Assembly: GCA_035456065.1 (NCBI GenBank)
Contig: DATIDW010000006.1
Location: 6,513 to 70,512 of the forward strand
Direction: 5' to 3'
Length of the DNA stretch: 64,000 bases
DNA from: Thermomonas sp.
GTDB lineage: Bacteria; Pseudomonadota; Gammaproteobacteria; Xanthomonadales; Xanthomonadaceae
This document shows, piece by piece, positions 11,663-20,866 of the stretch. Each line of letters starts with the position of its first letter. Positions within the stretch are counted from its first letter, which is position 1. The translations under genes and the position numbers were made by a program. Under the pieces are notes generated by a model, which was not told the origin of the DNA, did not search any database, and saw only the letters and a list, made by a program, of their open reading frames with translations.

Positions 11663-12970
11663 ATGGAACTGGCGCCAGCCGACGCGTGGGTCGATGACGA
11701 ACTTTGCGTCTCGTTCGAGTCGTGGACGCGACAGCGCCACCTCGTTTCTATAGGTAGCAACGCCGGTGCAGAGCCACTCCCCTTCCAGGGGTGGCACCAT
11801 TTCAAGGAAGCATTCGCCCCTGAGGTCGTTGCACGGGCCGTACGCCAAAGTGAACGGCCAATCGCATCCTGCCTCGATCCCTTCGGCGGGTCTGGAACGA
11901 CGGCTCTTGCATGCCAGTTCCTCGGCGTCGCACCCACAACTATTGAGGTAAATCCGTATCTAGCGGATCTAACCGAAGCAAAGCTATGCGCCTACGACGT
12001 AGATGATCTTGCGCTGGACTTCAGCAGAATTCTCCGCGCGACCTCGGGCAGGACCGGGAGCGTCGCCCGCTTTGCGAATCTACCTCCGACTTTCATTGAA
12101 CGTGCGTCCAGTGAGCGCTGGATCTTCGACCGGGTCGTCGCTAAGCGCCTTGGGGCATACCTTGACGCCATAGATGCCCTCAATCGTCCGCACCACCGCC
12201 GCTTATTTCGGGTGTTGCTAGGGGGCATGCTGATCGCTGTCAGCAATGTAGTCGTCAATGGAAAAGGTCGCCGTTATCGACGCGCTTGGGCCGAGCGCTG
12301 CATCCAGCCCTCCACTGTTGATCACCTATTCCGACAACGTTGCCAAGCGGCGATCGCAGAGATCCATGAGCACCGCTATCGCCGTTATAGGGGATACACC
12401 CTCCTGCGAGGGGACTGCCTAACTCAAATCGAGGCGAGCGCTCCAATAGACTTATCGGTTTTCTCGCCGCCGTATCCAAACTCATTTGACTATACGGACG
12501 TCTATAACGTCGAGTTATGGATACTTGGCTACCTCGATGGCTCGGAGAGTAACCACTCCTTACGCAAAGCCACCTTATGCTCGCATGTACAGATCAAACG
12601 GGATTTTCAACCCGCACCGGCTGGTTCATTGCGGCTAAGTCGCGCGTTGGGTCGCCTTCGCCGTGAGCGTGACAGTCTTTGGTCACGATGGATCCCGGAC
12701 ATGGTAGGTCACTATTTCCACGACATGTGCGGCGTGTTGCGAACACTCGAACAGCGGCTGACTTCGGAAGGTGAAGTTTGGGCAATCGTGGGTGATAGTC
12801 GCTACGCCGGCGTGCAAGTGCCAGTTGCGCGGATTCTGGGAGACCTCGCCCCAAACCTCGGGTACCGCGTGGTGAATATTGAACCATTCCGCTCGATGCG
12901 AGCCTCAGCGCAACAGGGCGGTCAGCACCAGTTGGACGAGTCGCTGCTCGTGCTGCGCAAGGAGCGTTAA
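11663..12970 (+). CDS. DNA amino-methyltransferase (probably N4-cytosine, alpha-class motif order)
   Basis: Motif I LDPFGGSGTT near the N-terminus and motif IV FSPPY later; also WHHFKEAF and IVGDS. ATG at 11663; the track start is 11639. Confidence 0.85.
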   Translation: MELAPADAWVDDELCVSFESWTRQRHLVSIGSNAGAEPLPFQGWHHFKEAFAPEVVARAVRQSERPIASCLDPFGGSGTTALACQFLGVAPTTIEVNPYLADLTEAKLCAYDVDDLALDFSRILRATSGRTGSVARFANLPPTFIERASSERWIFDRVVAKRLGAYLDAIDALNRPHHRRLFRVLLGGMLIAVSNVVVNGKGRRYRRAWAERCIQPSTVDHLFRQRCQAAIAEIHEHRYRRYRGYTLLRGDCLTQIEASAPIDLSVFSPPYPNSFDYTDVYNVELWILGYLDGSESNHSLRKATLCSHVQIKRDFQPAPAGSLRLSRALGRLRRERDSLWSRWIPDMVGHYFHDMCGVLRTLEQRLTSEGEVWAIVGDSRYAGVQVPVARILGDLAPNLGYRVVNIEPFRSMRASAQQGGQHQLDESLLVLRKER

Positions 12971-14049
12971 GCTCGGTTTTGGCGTCGCTTCAATGCGAGA
13001 CGATTCCGAGCCCGCACTGCTTTGACCTTGTTGTAAATCGGCCACGCCCAGAGTCCGATACCCTCATCCTCGGCTCGGCTCTTCTCATGCTCAATGACAC
13101 CATTCGGATCTGGCTTTTTTCGCATGTCGTAGCAACAAAGCGCCGCGAGGCGACAAGAGAGAGCCTTACGGTAGTCACGCGCCTGGTCCAACCCATCGGA
13201 AACCGCGGTCTTGTTTGCGCTGTCTGACACCTCTGAACCCGTGTGCGTGAATTTCTTGACTACCTTGAGTTCCAAGATGGCGTGATGGGTCCAGATCGTA
13301 GGATCAATCGAGTCCTGCTCCTTCAAGATGAAGTCGCAGCGTCCCATCAGCGATGAATGTTCCTGGTCGATCTTGAGTGAACTAAAAAGGAGATGCGATT
13401 TCAGCGCTACGTGAAGGATTTTCTGAATGCCCTTTTCCGACTCGTTAATAGGCCACCACTTTCCTTGCGCCGCCCACAGGTCACGCTGAAGATCCGAAGC
13501 TGAAGGCGTCTCCAGAAGTTCTCTATGCATGGCATCGAGCACGAAGTGGATGTTGTCAAGGGTAAGAGTCGCCCCATCCAGGGACACCAATTCACATTCG
13601 TCTGGGCACCCCATTCCTTTTGGATAAATCCTGATGGCGAAGCCGTCATCGCTATCGAAGTAGATCGCCGGTGCATTGCCCAACGACCAATCGGTCACAA
13701 TGCAATTGAACAAATCGACATCGGTTCCCTTTGGCAGGGATAGTGCGGCGGCTGATGAAAGACCTTTTGCGCCGAACCAAACTTTGCCCGCTAGTTCTGC
13801 ACGCGCCCGGTCAAACATGGGATGGTGTTCAGCTACTTCGACGAGGCTTGGGACTGGTGCCATAAGAAAAACCGTGGGAGCGGTACGCAACGTATCCGGT
13901 GAAAGCTGGCGCCGCTTTCGAATAATTTTCGCTGCAGCGTGGCAGAAGCGAGCGAACTCAGGTGCGTCTTGGTTGTAACCAGAACCTACGTACCCGTGGA
14001 TCGATTGCAACAAGTCCTGATCCGACCAACCGCCATCCTGCTTAGCCAC
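12967..14049 (-). CDS. Uncharacterised protein with C-terminal PD-(D/E)xK-like nuclease domain
   Basis: SEKGIQ..GRCDF..ILELK..GLDQARDY matches the E..D..ExK..QxxxY pattern. The N-terminal half is not recognised. Confidence 0.65.
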   Translation of the reverse strand: MAKQDGGWSDQDLLQSIHGYVGSGYNQDAPEFARFCHAAAKIIRKRRQLSPDTLRTAPTVFLMAPVPSLVEVAEHHPMFDRARAELAGKVWFGAKGLSSAAALSLPKGTDVDLFNCIVTDWSLGNAPAIYFDSDDGFAIRIYPKGMGCPDECELVSLDGATLTLDNIHFVLDAMHRELLETPSASDLQRDLWAAQGKWWPINESEKGIQKILHVALKSHLLFSSLKIDQEHSSLMGRCDFILKEQDSIDPTIWTHHAILELKVVKKFTHTGSEVSDSANKTAVSDGLDQARDYRKALSCRLAALCCYDMRKKPDPNGVIEHEKSRAEDEGIGLWAWPIYNKVKAVRARNRLALKRRQNRA

Positions 14050-14698
14050 GGCGAAGTCTCCGGCCGAGGTGATCCAAATAAATATCCATGCGTTCCGCCG
14101 GCAGCAGTTCCCGCCCCGCGAGCGCCCCGATATGCGCTAGCACCTCGGCGGTCTTGGTCATCGCCCCGTTCTCAATCCATTCGCCAAGATCGACAACATT
14201 TCCAACGTCGATTCTCGGATCGCCGTACGTGGCATCGGCTGTCATTCCAAACCGCTGGTCGTCTTCACCAAGACGATTTAGAGCCTGCACCACTTCTGAG
14301 AGGAATTCGAGGAGATCAGCCTCCTCGACTATAGACTCCATGACGTCAAGCACCGGGGTGGCGAATTCGCGGTGGAGCACGAATTGCCCTTGCAAACCCT
14401 TGTTCCCATCGCTCATCACGAGACCCGACACTTTCAGCATCCCCATGCCAACGAGAGCATCTAGATCGCGTTGGAGCATTGGGAAATACGGCTGACGACT
14501 AGTCTTAAGCACCGCAGCATCAAATGGCTCCAACGCCCATGCCGGCGCAAGTGCGTTGGATAGATACCAGAGCGAATGAAGTAGGGTCGGAGAAACGGGT
14601 CGAACGCCTGCCCTATCCAAGGCATCGAACAAGCCGACCAAAATGATCTGGCGCCGTCGGTGATCGACAAAACTAGCATGGGCGAGAGGATGGCTCAC
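14042..14698 (-). CDS. Hypothetical protein, possible winged-helix middle component of an ABC three-component-type system
   Basis: GTG start overlaps the ATPase TGA (GTGA) and its stop overlaps the next start; LHSLWYL..PYFPMLQRDLDALVGMGML resembles a wHTH pattern. Confidence 0.55.
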   Translation of the reverse strand: MSHPLAHASFVDHRRRQIILVGLFDALDRAGVRPVSPTLLHSLWYLSNALAPAWALEPFDAAVLKTSRQPYFPMLQRDLDALVGMGMLKVSGLVMSDGNKGLQGQFVLHREFATPVLDVMESIVEEADLLEFLSEVVQALNRLGEDDQRFGMTADATYGDPRIDVGNVVDLGEWIENGAMTKTAEVLAHIGALAGRELLPAERMDIYLDHLGRRLRRG

Positions 14699-16728
14699 AC
14701 GTATCCCGCTGCCAGCAGTATCTCTTCCCATTCGTGCATATAGGCATCGCGTTCGCGCCTGACCGCAGCGGTCGGCACCGCAAGCTCAATGAGGTTCACT
14801 AGGCGATAGTCACGTTCATCGGCGGGAATCCCCCGACGAATCAGACCAGGCAACAAGCGTCCGTCAATAATATTGGACGCAATTAATAGTCGATTCTCAG
14901 AACCCGGCTTTGCGAACCGTGTGAGCACGTCTGCAGCGCGCTCAACGAAAACTGCATCCAGCGAGGACTCAGGTGCGTCGATCACCAACGAGCCAGGCTC
15001 GCCTTGACCAGCCACTTCGATCAGCGCCATCCGAAAGGCAAGATCGATAAATTCCCGTTGACTTTCCGATACGGACTCAGGCCCCGCTCGACGCTGAACA
15101 CCGGCAAAGTCCGCACCCGACATGTCGAGGTCGAACGAAGCCGTCTCGAACTTGTGCAGCTGACCAATGCGGCGCATCAGTGGCGACCACTTCAGGGCCG
15201 CCGTTTCAAAAAGAAAGTCGCCCGCATATCTAGCGAAAGCAGTCTTAATGCTTTCAGCCATCTCTTGCATTCGAACGTTGAGCTTCTCTGTTCCCTCACT
15301 TAGGGCAGTGCCAAGCGCTTCCAGTGCCCGCTTGTCGTCACCAATCTTATCCTTGATGACTCCCAGTTCCTCTTTCGCGCGCATTTGCGTGTCATCATCG
15401 GATGGCAAGAGCGCGATGAGACCGTCCAATTGCTCCTGCCGAATATCAATATCGGCAGTCAGATGTAGCAGATGCGTGCTCACCTGCCGATGTTTACTGG
15501 CCGCTTCCTGTAGGGCAATTTGGACTGCTTCGATACGCCGTTTTTGGATCTCCAGCTCGTGGCGCAAGTTACCCAAACGCGCTCGATCAATAGGGCTCGC
15601 CTCAGCCTTAGAATCCACGACGGCGAGTGAGCCGCACAGCACGCACGCTAGCTCTTCCACCCGAGCGGTCAACGTTTCCGCCAGCTCCGGACTTTCAGTG
15701 TCGCAAACTGCACAGCGCCGTTCCGACAAAAGAAGTGACAGCAGATACTTCGATGTCGCCGAGCCGTCCGGGAACTTGCTGTAGACCAATCTGAGGCGCG
15801 TGTCTTCAATCTGGTCTTCCAGTCGGCCAGCCAAATCCTCCGTTTGGAGCAAATCGCGTCGCAACTCGCGACGTTGTTCGTCCAAGGAATCAAATTTTTC
15901 AATCATTTCGGCTTTGCGTCGCACGTCGGATTCCACCGCGTTGCGCAGTGAGTCGATTCGAGCGCGCAGATCAGCACTGCCTTCATTCGATGCGTCATCC
16001 TGCGCTATACGATGCTGCAGGCGAAACAACGCGGCACTTAGGTTGCGCACCTCGCTGTCCTTCTGAAGAAACGTCCTCTCCTGCACATACAGTGCGCGCG
16101 AAATATCCGGCGGCAGGAAAAGGATGCGGAACATCTGTCGCTGCGCGGATGCATCCCAGACCAAGGAGCGGCGGTCTTCGAAATAGAAGACCATCTGCCG
16201 AAGGAAGATCAGCCAGTCGCCAAAGCTCGAGAGGCCCGCAAGACGCAAGATTTCAGACTGGAATGTCTCTTCGTCATTCTTGAGGGTTTCCCCATCTAGC
16301 ACCAGCGACACGAGCCCCAGATTGTCGAGACGACGCTCTATCGAAAGCTTGGCACCGCCCAGGCGTACGCGAAGTACCGCACGCGCGTTCTTCGCACGGT
16401 CGCTGACACGGTCGGCGAACAAACCACGCGCTTTGGGCTTCAGGCGATTCACCTCTAGCCCCGCACCACCGAGTTCAGCCGCTTGCAGGGTGTCACGTCC
16501 CAGCTCATAGCCGCCCGCGAGCATTCGATAGAGAAGTGTAACGAGCGTGGTCTTGCCCAGCCCATTTGTGCCCACTATCAAGGTGAGGCCTGCCCTAAAT
16601 TCCAGATGCAATCCGGGATTAACGCTCAGACCCGGATAGAGACCGTAGTCGTTTACGTCCAGCCCCTCGAAAATGGGGAATTGAACGTGAGTGGTGGGGG
16701 TCGTGACATTAGAGGTGGACGTAGTCAT
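14695..16728 (-). CDS. Rad50/SMC-like coiled-coil ABC ATPase
   Basis: Walker A GTNGLGKT, long coiled coils around CAVC/CVLC, signature-like SESQRE, Walker B/D-loop LVIDAPESSLD. Confidence 0.88.
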   Translation of the reverse strand: MTTSTSNVTTPTTHVQFPIFEGLDVNDYGLYPGLSVNPGLHLEFRAGLTLIVGTNGLGKTTLVTLLYRMLAGGYELGRDTLQAAELGGAGLEVNRLKPKARGLFADRVSDRAKNARAVLRVRLGGAKLSIERRLDNLGLVSLVLDGETLKNDEETFQSEILRLAGLSSFGDWLIFLRQMVFYFEDRRSLVWDASAQRQMFRILFLPPDISRALYVQERTFLQKDSEVRNLSAALFRLQHRIAQDDASNEGSADLRARIDSLRNAVESDVRRKAEMIEKFDSLDEQRRELRRDLLQTEDLAGRLEDQIEDTRLRLVYSKFPDGSATSKYLLSLLLSERRCAVCDTESPELAETLTARVEELACVLCGSLAVVDSKAEASPIDRARLGNLRHELEIQKRRIEAVQIALQEAASKHRQVSTHLLHLTADIDIRQEQLDGLIALLPSDDDTQMRAKEELGVIKDKIGDDKRALEALGTALSEGTEKLNVRMQEMAESIKTAFARYAGDFLFETAALKWSPLMRRIGQLHKFETASFDLDMSGADFAGVQRRAGPESVSESQREFIDLAFRMALIEVAGQGEPGSLVIDAPESSLDAVFVERAADVLTRFAKPGSENRLLIASNIIDGRLLPGLIRRGIPADERDYRLVNLIELAVPTAAVRRERDAYMHEWEEILLAAGYV

Positions 16729-17276
16729 ACCATCAGTACCCGGCTAGGCCTGAACGTCACTAATTCCGGTGTGTCACCCTTGAGCATCTCGATTCGTCCG
16801 TTCGATGCAACGCTATTCAGGCGCTCCGCGAACGCAGCAAAGCCCCAACCCCGAGGCGAATGTAGAAGGCCTGATGTTCTTCTGCAAGCAGACCGGTCAG
16901 ATAACTCTCAACCGAACGGCACCTTCAGCTATCAGCTCCTGACAGAGACGTGGGATTCGCACCATTGGGCCCTAGGAAGAAACACTTGCGACGGTGCCAA
17001 GCTTCAGTTCGATGATCTCGCATTGATAGAACCAACACAGAGCGCCTTTGATTCCCGCTCTCGGCCAAAAACCGCCCACTGGATGGCCATCGAGATCTAG
17101 CCGATTCATCCAGCCATGATTGCCCAGTTGCGCCGCTATCCCGTGATTCGCTCATCGCGACCAGCCCGCCAAAGACGATCATATGAAGTTCGAAGCGGCC
17201 TTGGGCTAAGCTCTGAGGCATCAGGCTACGCCTAGAACCAAGCTTGATGCGCACTTCAAATTCCTCGAGAGATTGC

Positions 17277-18053
17277 ATGATCGGACAAAGAACCCGCCAT
17301 TCGTTCGCCCAGTTCCTAGAGCTGCAGGAACCGATTATTTCAATGGTGCTCTTGGGCAAATACGGCGCGCAGCCTCCGTCGTTGTCGAATGGACAACAGT
17401 TGTACGGGCTTTTGAATGCTTTGCGCGACCTGGACGACCGCATGCTCGTGCAAGCGCTGGCTGAGGTTGTCGCAACTGCGGGAGATTTGCGCGCCAGGGT
17501 CAACCCTAAGTATCGGTTCGACGAGCGGCAGCACGATTTGGCTCAGTGCCTCCTGCTGGACGGCTACATCATCCAGGACAAGAGGCTGATCCAGACAGAT
17601 CCATCAATTGCCGATGCTGCGCCTTTTGAGGATGATCTGATCACGGCGCTGCAGCACTCGGGCGCGCCTCGTGCGTATGAAATCATCGCCAAAATCAACG
17701 ATTCGGCGGGCGCGTTCCGAGCAGCTCCGCCTGACTACAACGCATCCCTTGTGAACGCTCGCGTCGCGTTGGAAACGTTAGCTGGCGAAATTGCCGCCGA
17801 TGTTGCTTCGCGGCAGCCAACAATCGCTGCTTACAACCCATCCAAGTGGGGCGAGGTGCTGGCATTCCTGCGCCGGAGTGACGAAATCACTACAGAGGAA
17901 GAAAAGGGCTTGGCCGGTGTTTTCGGTTTTCTCAGCCCGGGCGCTCACCGCCCGGTGGGCATCCCTGAGGAGCAAATGGCGCGGCTGGGTCGTTCTTTCG
18001 CTCTCAATATGTGCTGGTTCCTGCTTAAGAACCATCACATTCGAAATCCATAG
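17277..18053 (+). CDS. Hypothetical protein with Abi_C/HEPN-like helical C-terminus
   Basis: DYNASLVNARVALETL..GVFGFLSPGAHRP pattern; ATG at 17277 after GAGAG. Confidence 0.5.
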   Translation: MIGQRTRHSFAQFLELQEPIISMVLLGKYGAQPPSLSNGQQLYGLLNALRDLDDRMLVQALAEVVATAGDLRARVNPKYRFDERQHDLAQCLLLDGYIIQDKRLIQTDPSIADAAPFEDDLITALQHSGAPRAYEIIAKINDSAGAFRAAPPDYNASLVNARVALETLAGEIAADVASRQPTIAAYNPSKWGEVLAFLRRSDEITTEEEKGLAGVFGFLSPGAHRPVGIPEEQMARLGRSFALNMCWFLLKNHHIRNP

Positions 18054-18088
18054 AATTTAACCTTCGAACTTGCGCAGGGACCTACGAC

Positions 18089-19090
18089 ATGCCATTTGAG
18101 ATTAGGCCTTGGGAAGAGATTGCGGAAAACTACGGCTGCACAATTCTGCTCGGCAACGGCGCCAGTATTTCAGTTAGTCAATGTTTCTCTTACAACTCTT
18201 TGCTGCAGCATGCTGCCGAGCAGAATCTGCTCCCCCCAGATGCTAATCAGCTGTTCGAATTCTTTCAGACGGACGACTTCGAGTTGATTCTTCGGCTCGT
18301 ATGGCAGGCGTCAAACGTCAATCGTTCGCTGCACATACAAGACGAGCAAACCCATGCTGCCTATGTCGGTCTAAGGGAGTGCCTCATCCAAGCAGTCCGC
18401 GATATTCACCCAGAGTACGGTGTGATTAGCCCTCACCTACCGAACATTTATCATTTCCTGAAGCGGTTCGGAACCGTCATCTCGCTCAACTACGACCTAG
18501 TTGTGTACTGGGCTATGACCTACGGGTTGGACATTTTCGACGAGCATGCGTTCAAAGATTGCTTTGTGGGAGGAATCTTCGACGATGACTGGGAGCGATT
18601 TCGACAGCCGATACGAGGAGAACGATCGACTTCACTCGTCTTCCATGCGCATGGCAGCTTGGCGTTGTGTCGAAACATCGTGGAGCAAGATCTAAAGCTC
18701 CAAAATCTTCAGGATGGGTTGCTGGATGCGGTCCTACAAAGCTGGCAAACCGGAGAGGTCGTACCTCTGTTTGTGAGCGAGGGAACGCGAGCGCAGAAAG
18801 TCGCTTCAATCCAGAGCAGCTACTACCTCTCCACCATCTACAGAGAAGTTCTAAAATCGCAGCGGAATACCCTGGTGGTCTACGGTTGGGGCTTTGCCGA
18901 GCAAGACGCGCACCTACTTACACGCATGAAAGACACGGGCATCAGTCGTGTAGCGGTATCGGTGTTTCGAGAAGACCAGGTTTACTGCAATCGGGTCTCC
19001 CAGATGATTCATGACGAATTGGGAGTGCATGTCGAGGTGGAGTTCTTCGATAGCGAGAGCCCCGGCGCCTGGATTCACCCAACGAATTAG
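18089..19090 (+). CDS. DUF4917 family (SIR2-like fold) protein
   Basis: ILLGNGASI, SLNYDL, HAHGSL, PLFVSEG and YGWGF motifs. Confidence 0.8.
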   Translation: MPFEIRPWEEIAENYGCTILLGNGASISVSQCFSYNSLLQHAAEQNLLPPDANQLFEFFQTDDFELILRLVWQASNVNRSLHIQDEQTHAAYVGLRECLIQAVRDIHPEYGVISPHLPNIYHFLKRFGTVISLNYDLVVYWAMTYGLDIFDEHAFKDCFVGGIFDDDWERFRQPIRGERSTSLVFHAHGSLALCRNIVEQDLKLQNLQDGLLDAVLQSWQTGEVVPLFVSEGTRAQKVASIQSSYYLSTIYREVLKSQRNTLVVYGWGFAEQDAHLLTRMKDTGISRVAVSVFREDQVYCNRVSQMIHDELGVHVEVEFFDSESPGAWIHPTN

Positions 19091-19397
19091 GTGCTGCTCA
19101 CGGCGACTCGTTCGCAGATCAGAGCTCAAGTGCAGGACACGAGGGGATCTGTGGTCATCACCCCTCCGATTGGTCAAGGGGTGTGCCTGATGCAACGATC
19201 CAGACATTGGGGAATGCGACATACCAGCGCGTTGTTGGGAGAGCTCACCAAAAGCCTGCGTAGTCTTGGACATGTGCAGGGCACTTTACGCCTTTTCAGA
19301 AATTCCCTTGACGCCTGAAAACGCGATAGCCACTATCCCTTCCATTCGTTCTTTTCTGGCATCTACTAAGGCTATAACTTTTTGGCGGAGATAATCG

Positions 19398-19874
19398 ATG
19401 GAGCTAAGCGTCAAATGGTACAAGCCGATCCCTCTTCTAGATGGCGACAATCAAGATTTGATCTTCGTCGCTGACGGTCTCGACGAATGGTTTGAAGTCC
19501 CTGGTGTTTATATGTTCGCGCGAATCTTCAATGAACACGTGTATCCGCTATATATCGGGAAGGCAGAGGACATCGGGAAGCGTGTTTGGCAGCACTTTAG
19601 GAACAACACCAAGCTGATGACCGGCATCAAGAAGTCAGCTAATGGATCGCGCGTGATTATTCCAGGTGAGTTCACTCCTAAGCCGGGGCAGAGCACCAAG
19701 AAATGTATAGATCTGATTGAGCGCGCCTTGATTGATCATGCCTTAACGGAGGGTTATGAGCTCATAAATGTTCAAGGGACAAAGACTCAGTTCCATCAGG
19801 TTAATTTTTCTGGTTTCTTAGGGGCACGACACATCACTGGCAGAAGCTTGAGCTTCAAGGCAAAGAGCAAGTGA
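19398..19874 (+). CDS. GIY-YIG nuclease family protein
   Basis: PGVY..LYIGKA..KRVWQH..IERALI..LIN; GGAG RBS upstream. Confidence 0.8.
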   Translation: MELSVKWYKPIPLLDGDNQDLIFVADGLDEWFEVPGVYMFARIFNEHVYPLYIGKAEDIGKRVWQHFRNNTKLMTGIKKSANGSRVIIPGEFTPKPGQSTKKCIDLIERALIDHALTEGYELINVQGTKTQFHQVNFSGFLGARHITGRSLSFKAKSK

Positions 19875-20046
19875 TTCTTTCCTGCTTAGCGCGCTTCGCC
19901 GCCTGAAACAGTGGGGCCTATTGGAGGAAAGTCCGCGCTCTAATTTTTTGGACGGCCGCAACCAGCACTAGGACATAGGCCGATTCCAGTCCCTTTCGGC
20001 GTTTGCAATCGGTGACTTGAGAAGTCATAAAAAAAACTGGCCCCAG

Positions 20047-20520
20047 ATGACAGATCCTTCAAACGCACTAGCTTCGTTACAAGCAGCCTTCGAGCAAGGC
20101 GGGCTGAGCTTTGCGGAGGGCCGCGTTGATCCAAACCTTCGCTTTTACTTGGACACTGATCTGGGCGTGCCTCGTTTTGTTTATTGTCAGCTCGACGGGC
20201 GGGTAGTTTCCGCCTACGCCTGTTTCGTCCCTGTTGACCAACTGGAGGGCTTACCGTGCTTCCAAGTGGGCTACGCGGTTCCCGAACCATATCGCGGCCA
20301 AGGAAGGGCCACGAATGTCGTGAATGCGGGGATCGTGGAGTTGCGGAATGGCTTCAGCGGCTACCCGCCCTTCTGGGTGGAGGCCGTGGTAGGGCTGGAT
20401 AACCTGGCGTCTCAGAAGGTTGCCGCCAAAATCCTTACGACTGACTGCAATCCTATTACCGATCAAGTGTCGGGGCTGCCGGCGCTGCAATACCTGCGCC
20501 AGTTCGCAACAGGCAGCTAA
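20047..20520 (+). CDS. GNAT (RimJ-like) acetyltransferase
   Basis: VGYAVPEPYRGQGRA acetyl-CoA motif and DNLASQKV. Confidence 0.8.
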   Translation: MTDPSNALASLQAAFEQGGLSFAEGRVDPNLRFYLDTDLGVPRFVYCQLDGRVVSAYACFVPVDQLEGLPCFQVGYAVPEPYRGQGRATNVVNAGIVELRNGFSGYPPFWVEAVVGLDNLASQKVAAKILTTDCNPITDQVSGLPALQYLRQFATGS

Positions 20521-20564
20521 CGGCCAAGGTCACCACGGCGCACTCCACGGCTCCTACGACACCC

Positions 20565-20786
20565 TTAGATCGCCGCCTCATTGAGGAGCTCGGCGCACGA
20601 CACTCCGAGACCGTCAGCTACTCGTGCCAGAGTCTCAAGCGTTAAGTTGGCTTGACCACGCTCGATACGCCCGTAGTAGGCACGGTGCATAGAAATAGAG
20701 TCGGCGAAGCGCTCTTGGTTTAGCGGCAGGGCTTCGCGCCGTGTCCGCACCACTAGCCCCAATCGTTGCAACGCCTCTGCAGTCAT
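20565..20786 (-). CDS. XRE-family HTH regulator, R-M controller (C-protein)-like
   Basis: NQERFA..HRAYYGRIERGQANLTL..VADGLGVS; 73 aa; divergent from the integrase. Confidence 0.85.
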   Translation of the reverse strand: MTAEALQRLGLVVRTRREALPLNQERFADSISMHRAYYGRIERGQANLTLETLARVADGLGVSCAELLNEAAI

Positions 20787-20849
20787 GACTGCAGGCTACT
20801 TAAAACAACTTGCGTCTTGAACTACTTATAAGTAGCCTTTCTATAAGTG
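20777..20849. promoter_or_regulatory. Divergent xre/int control region with palindromic operators
   Basis: Perfect palindromes CTGCAGTCATGACTGCAG (20777-20794) and CTACTTATAAGTAG (20822-20835); inverted pair AGGCTACTTA (20793-20802) and TAAGTAGCCT (20829-20838). Confidence 0.65.
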
Positions 20850-20866
20850 TCATAAGGCGCCATCAC

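Noticed and set aside
16729..17276. Extra CDS or ncRNA in the gap between the ATPase and the Abi-like gene
   Set aside because: The overlapping ORFs have no recognisable motifs and no convincing repeat or structure; probably a divergent promoter region or remnant.
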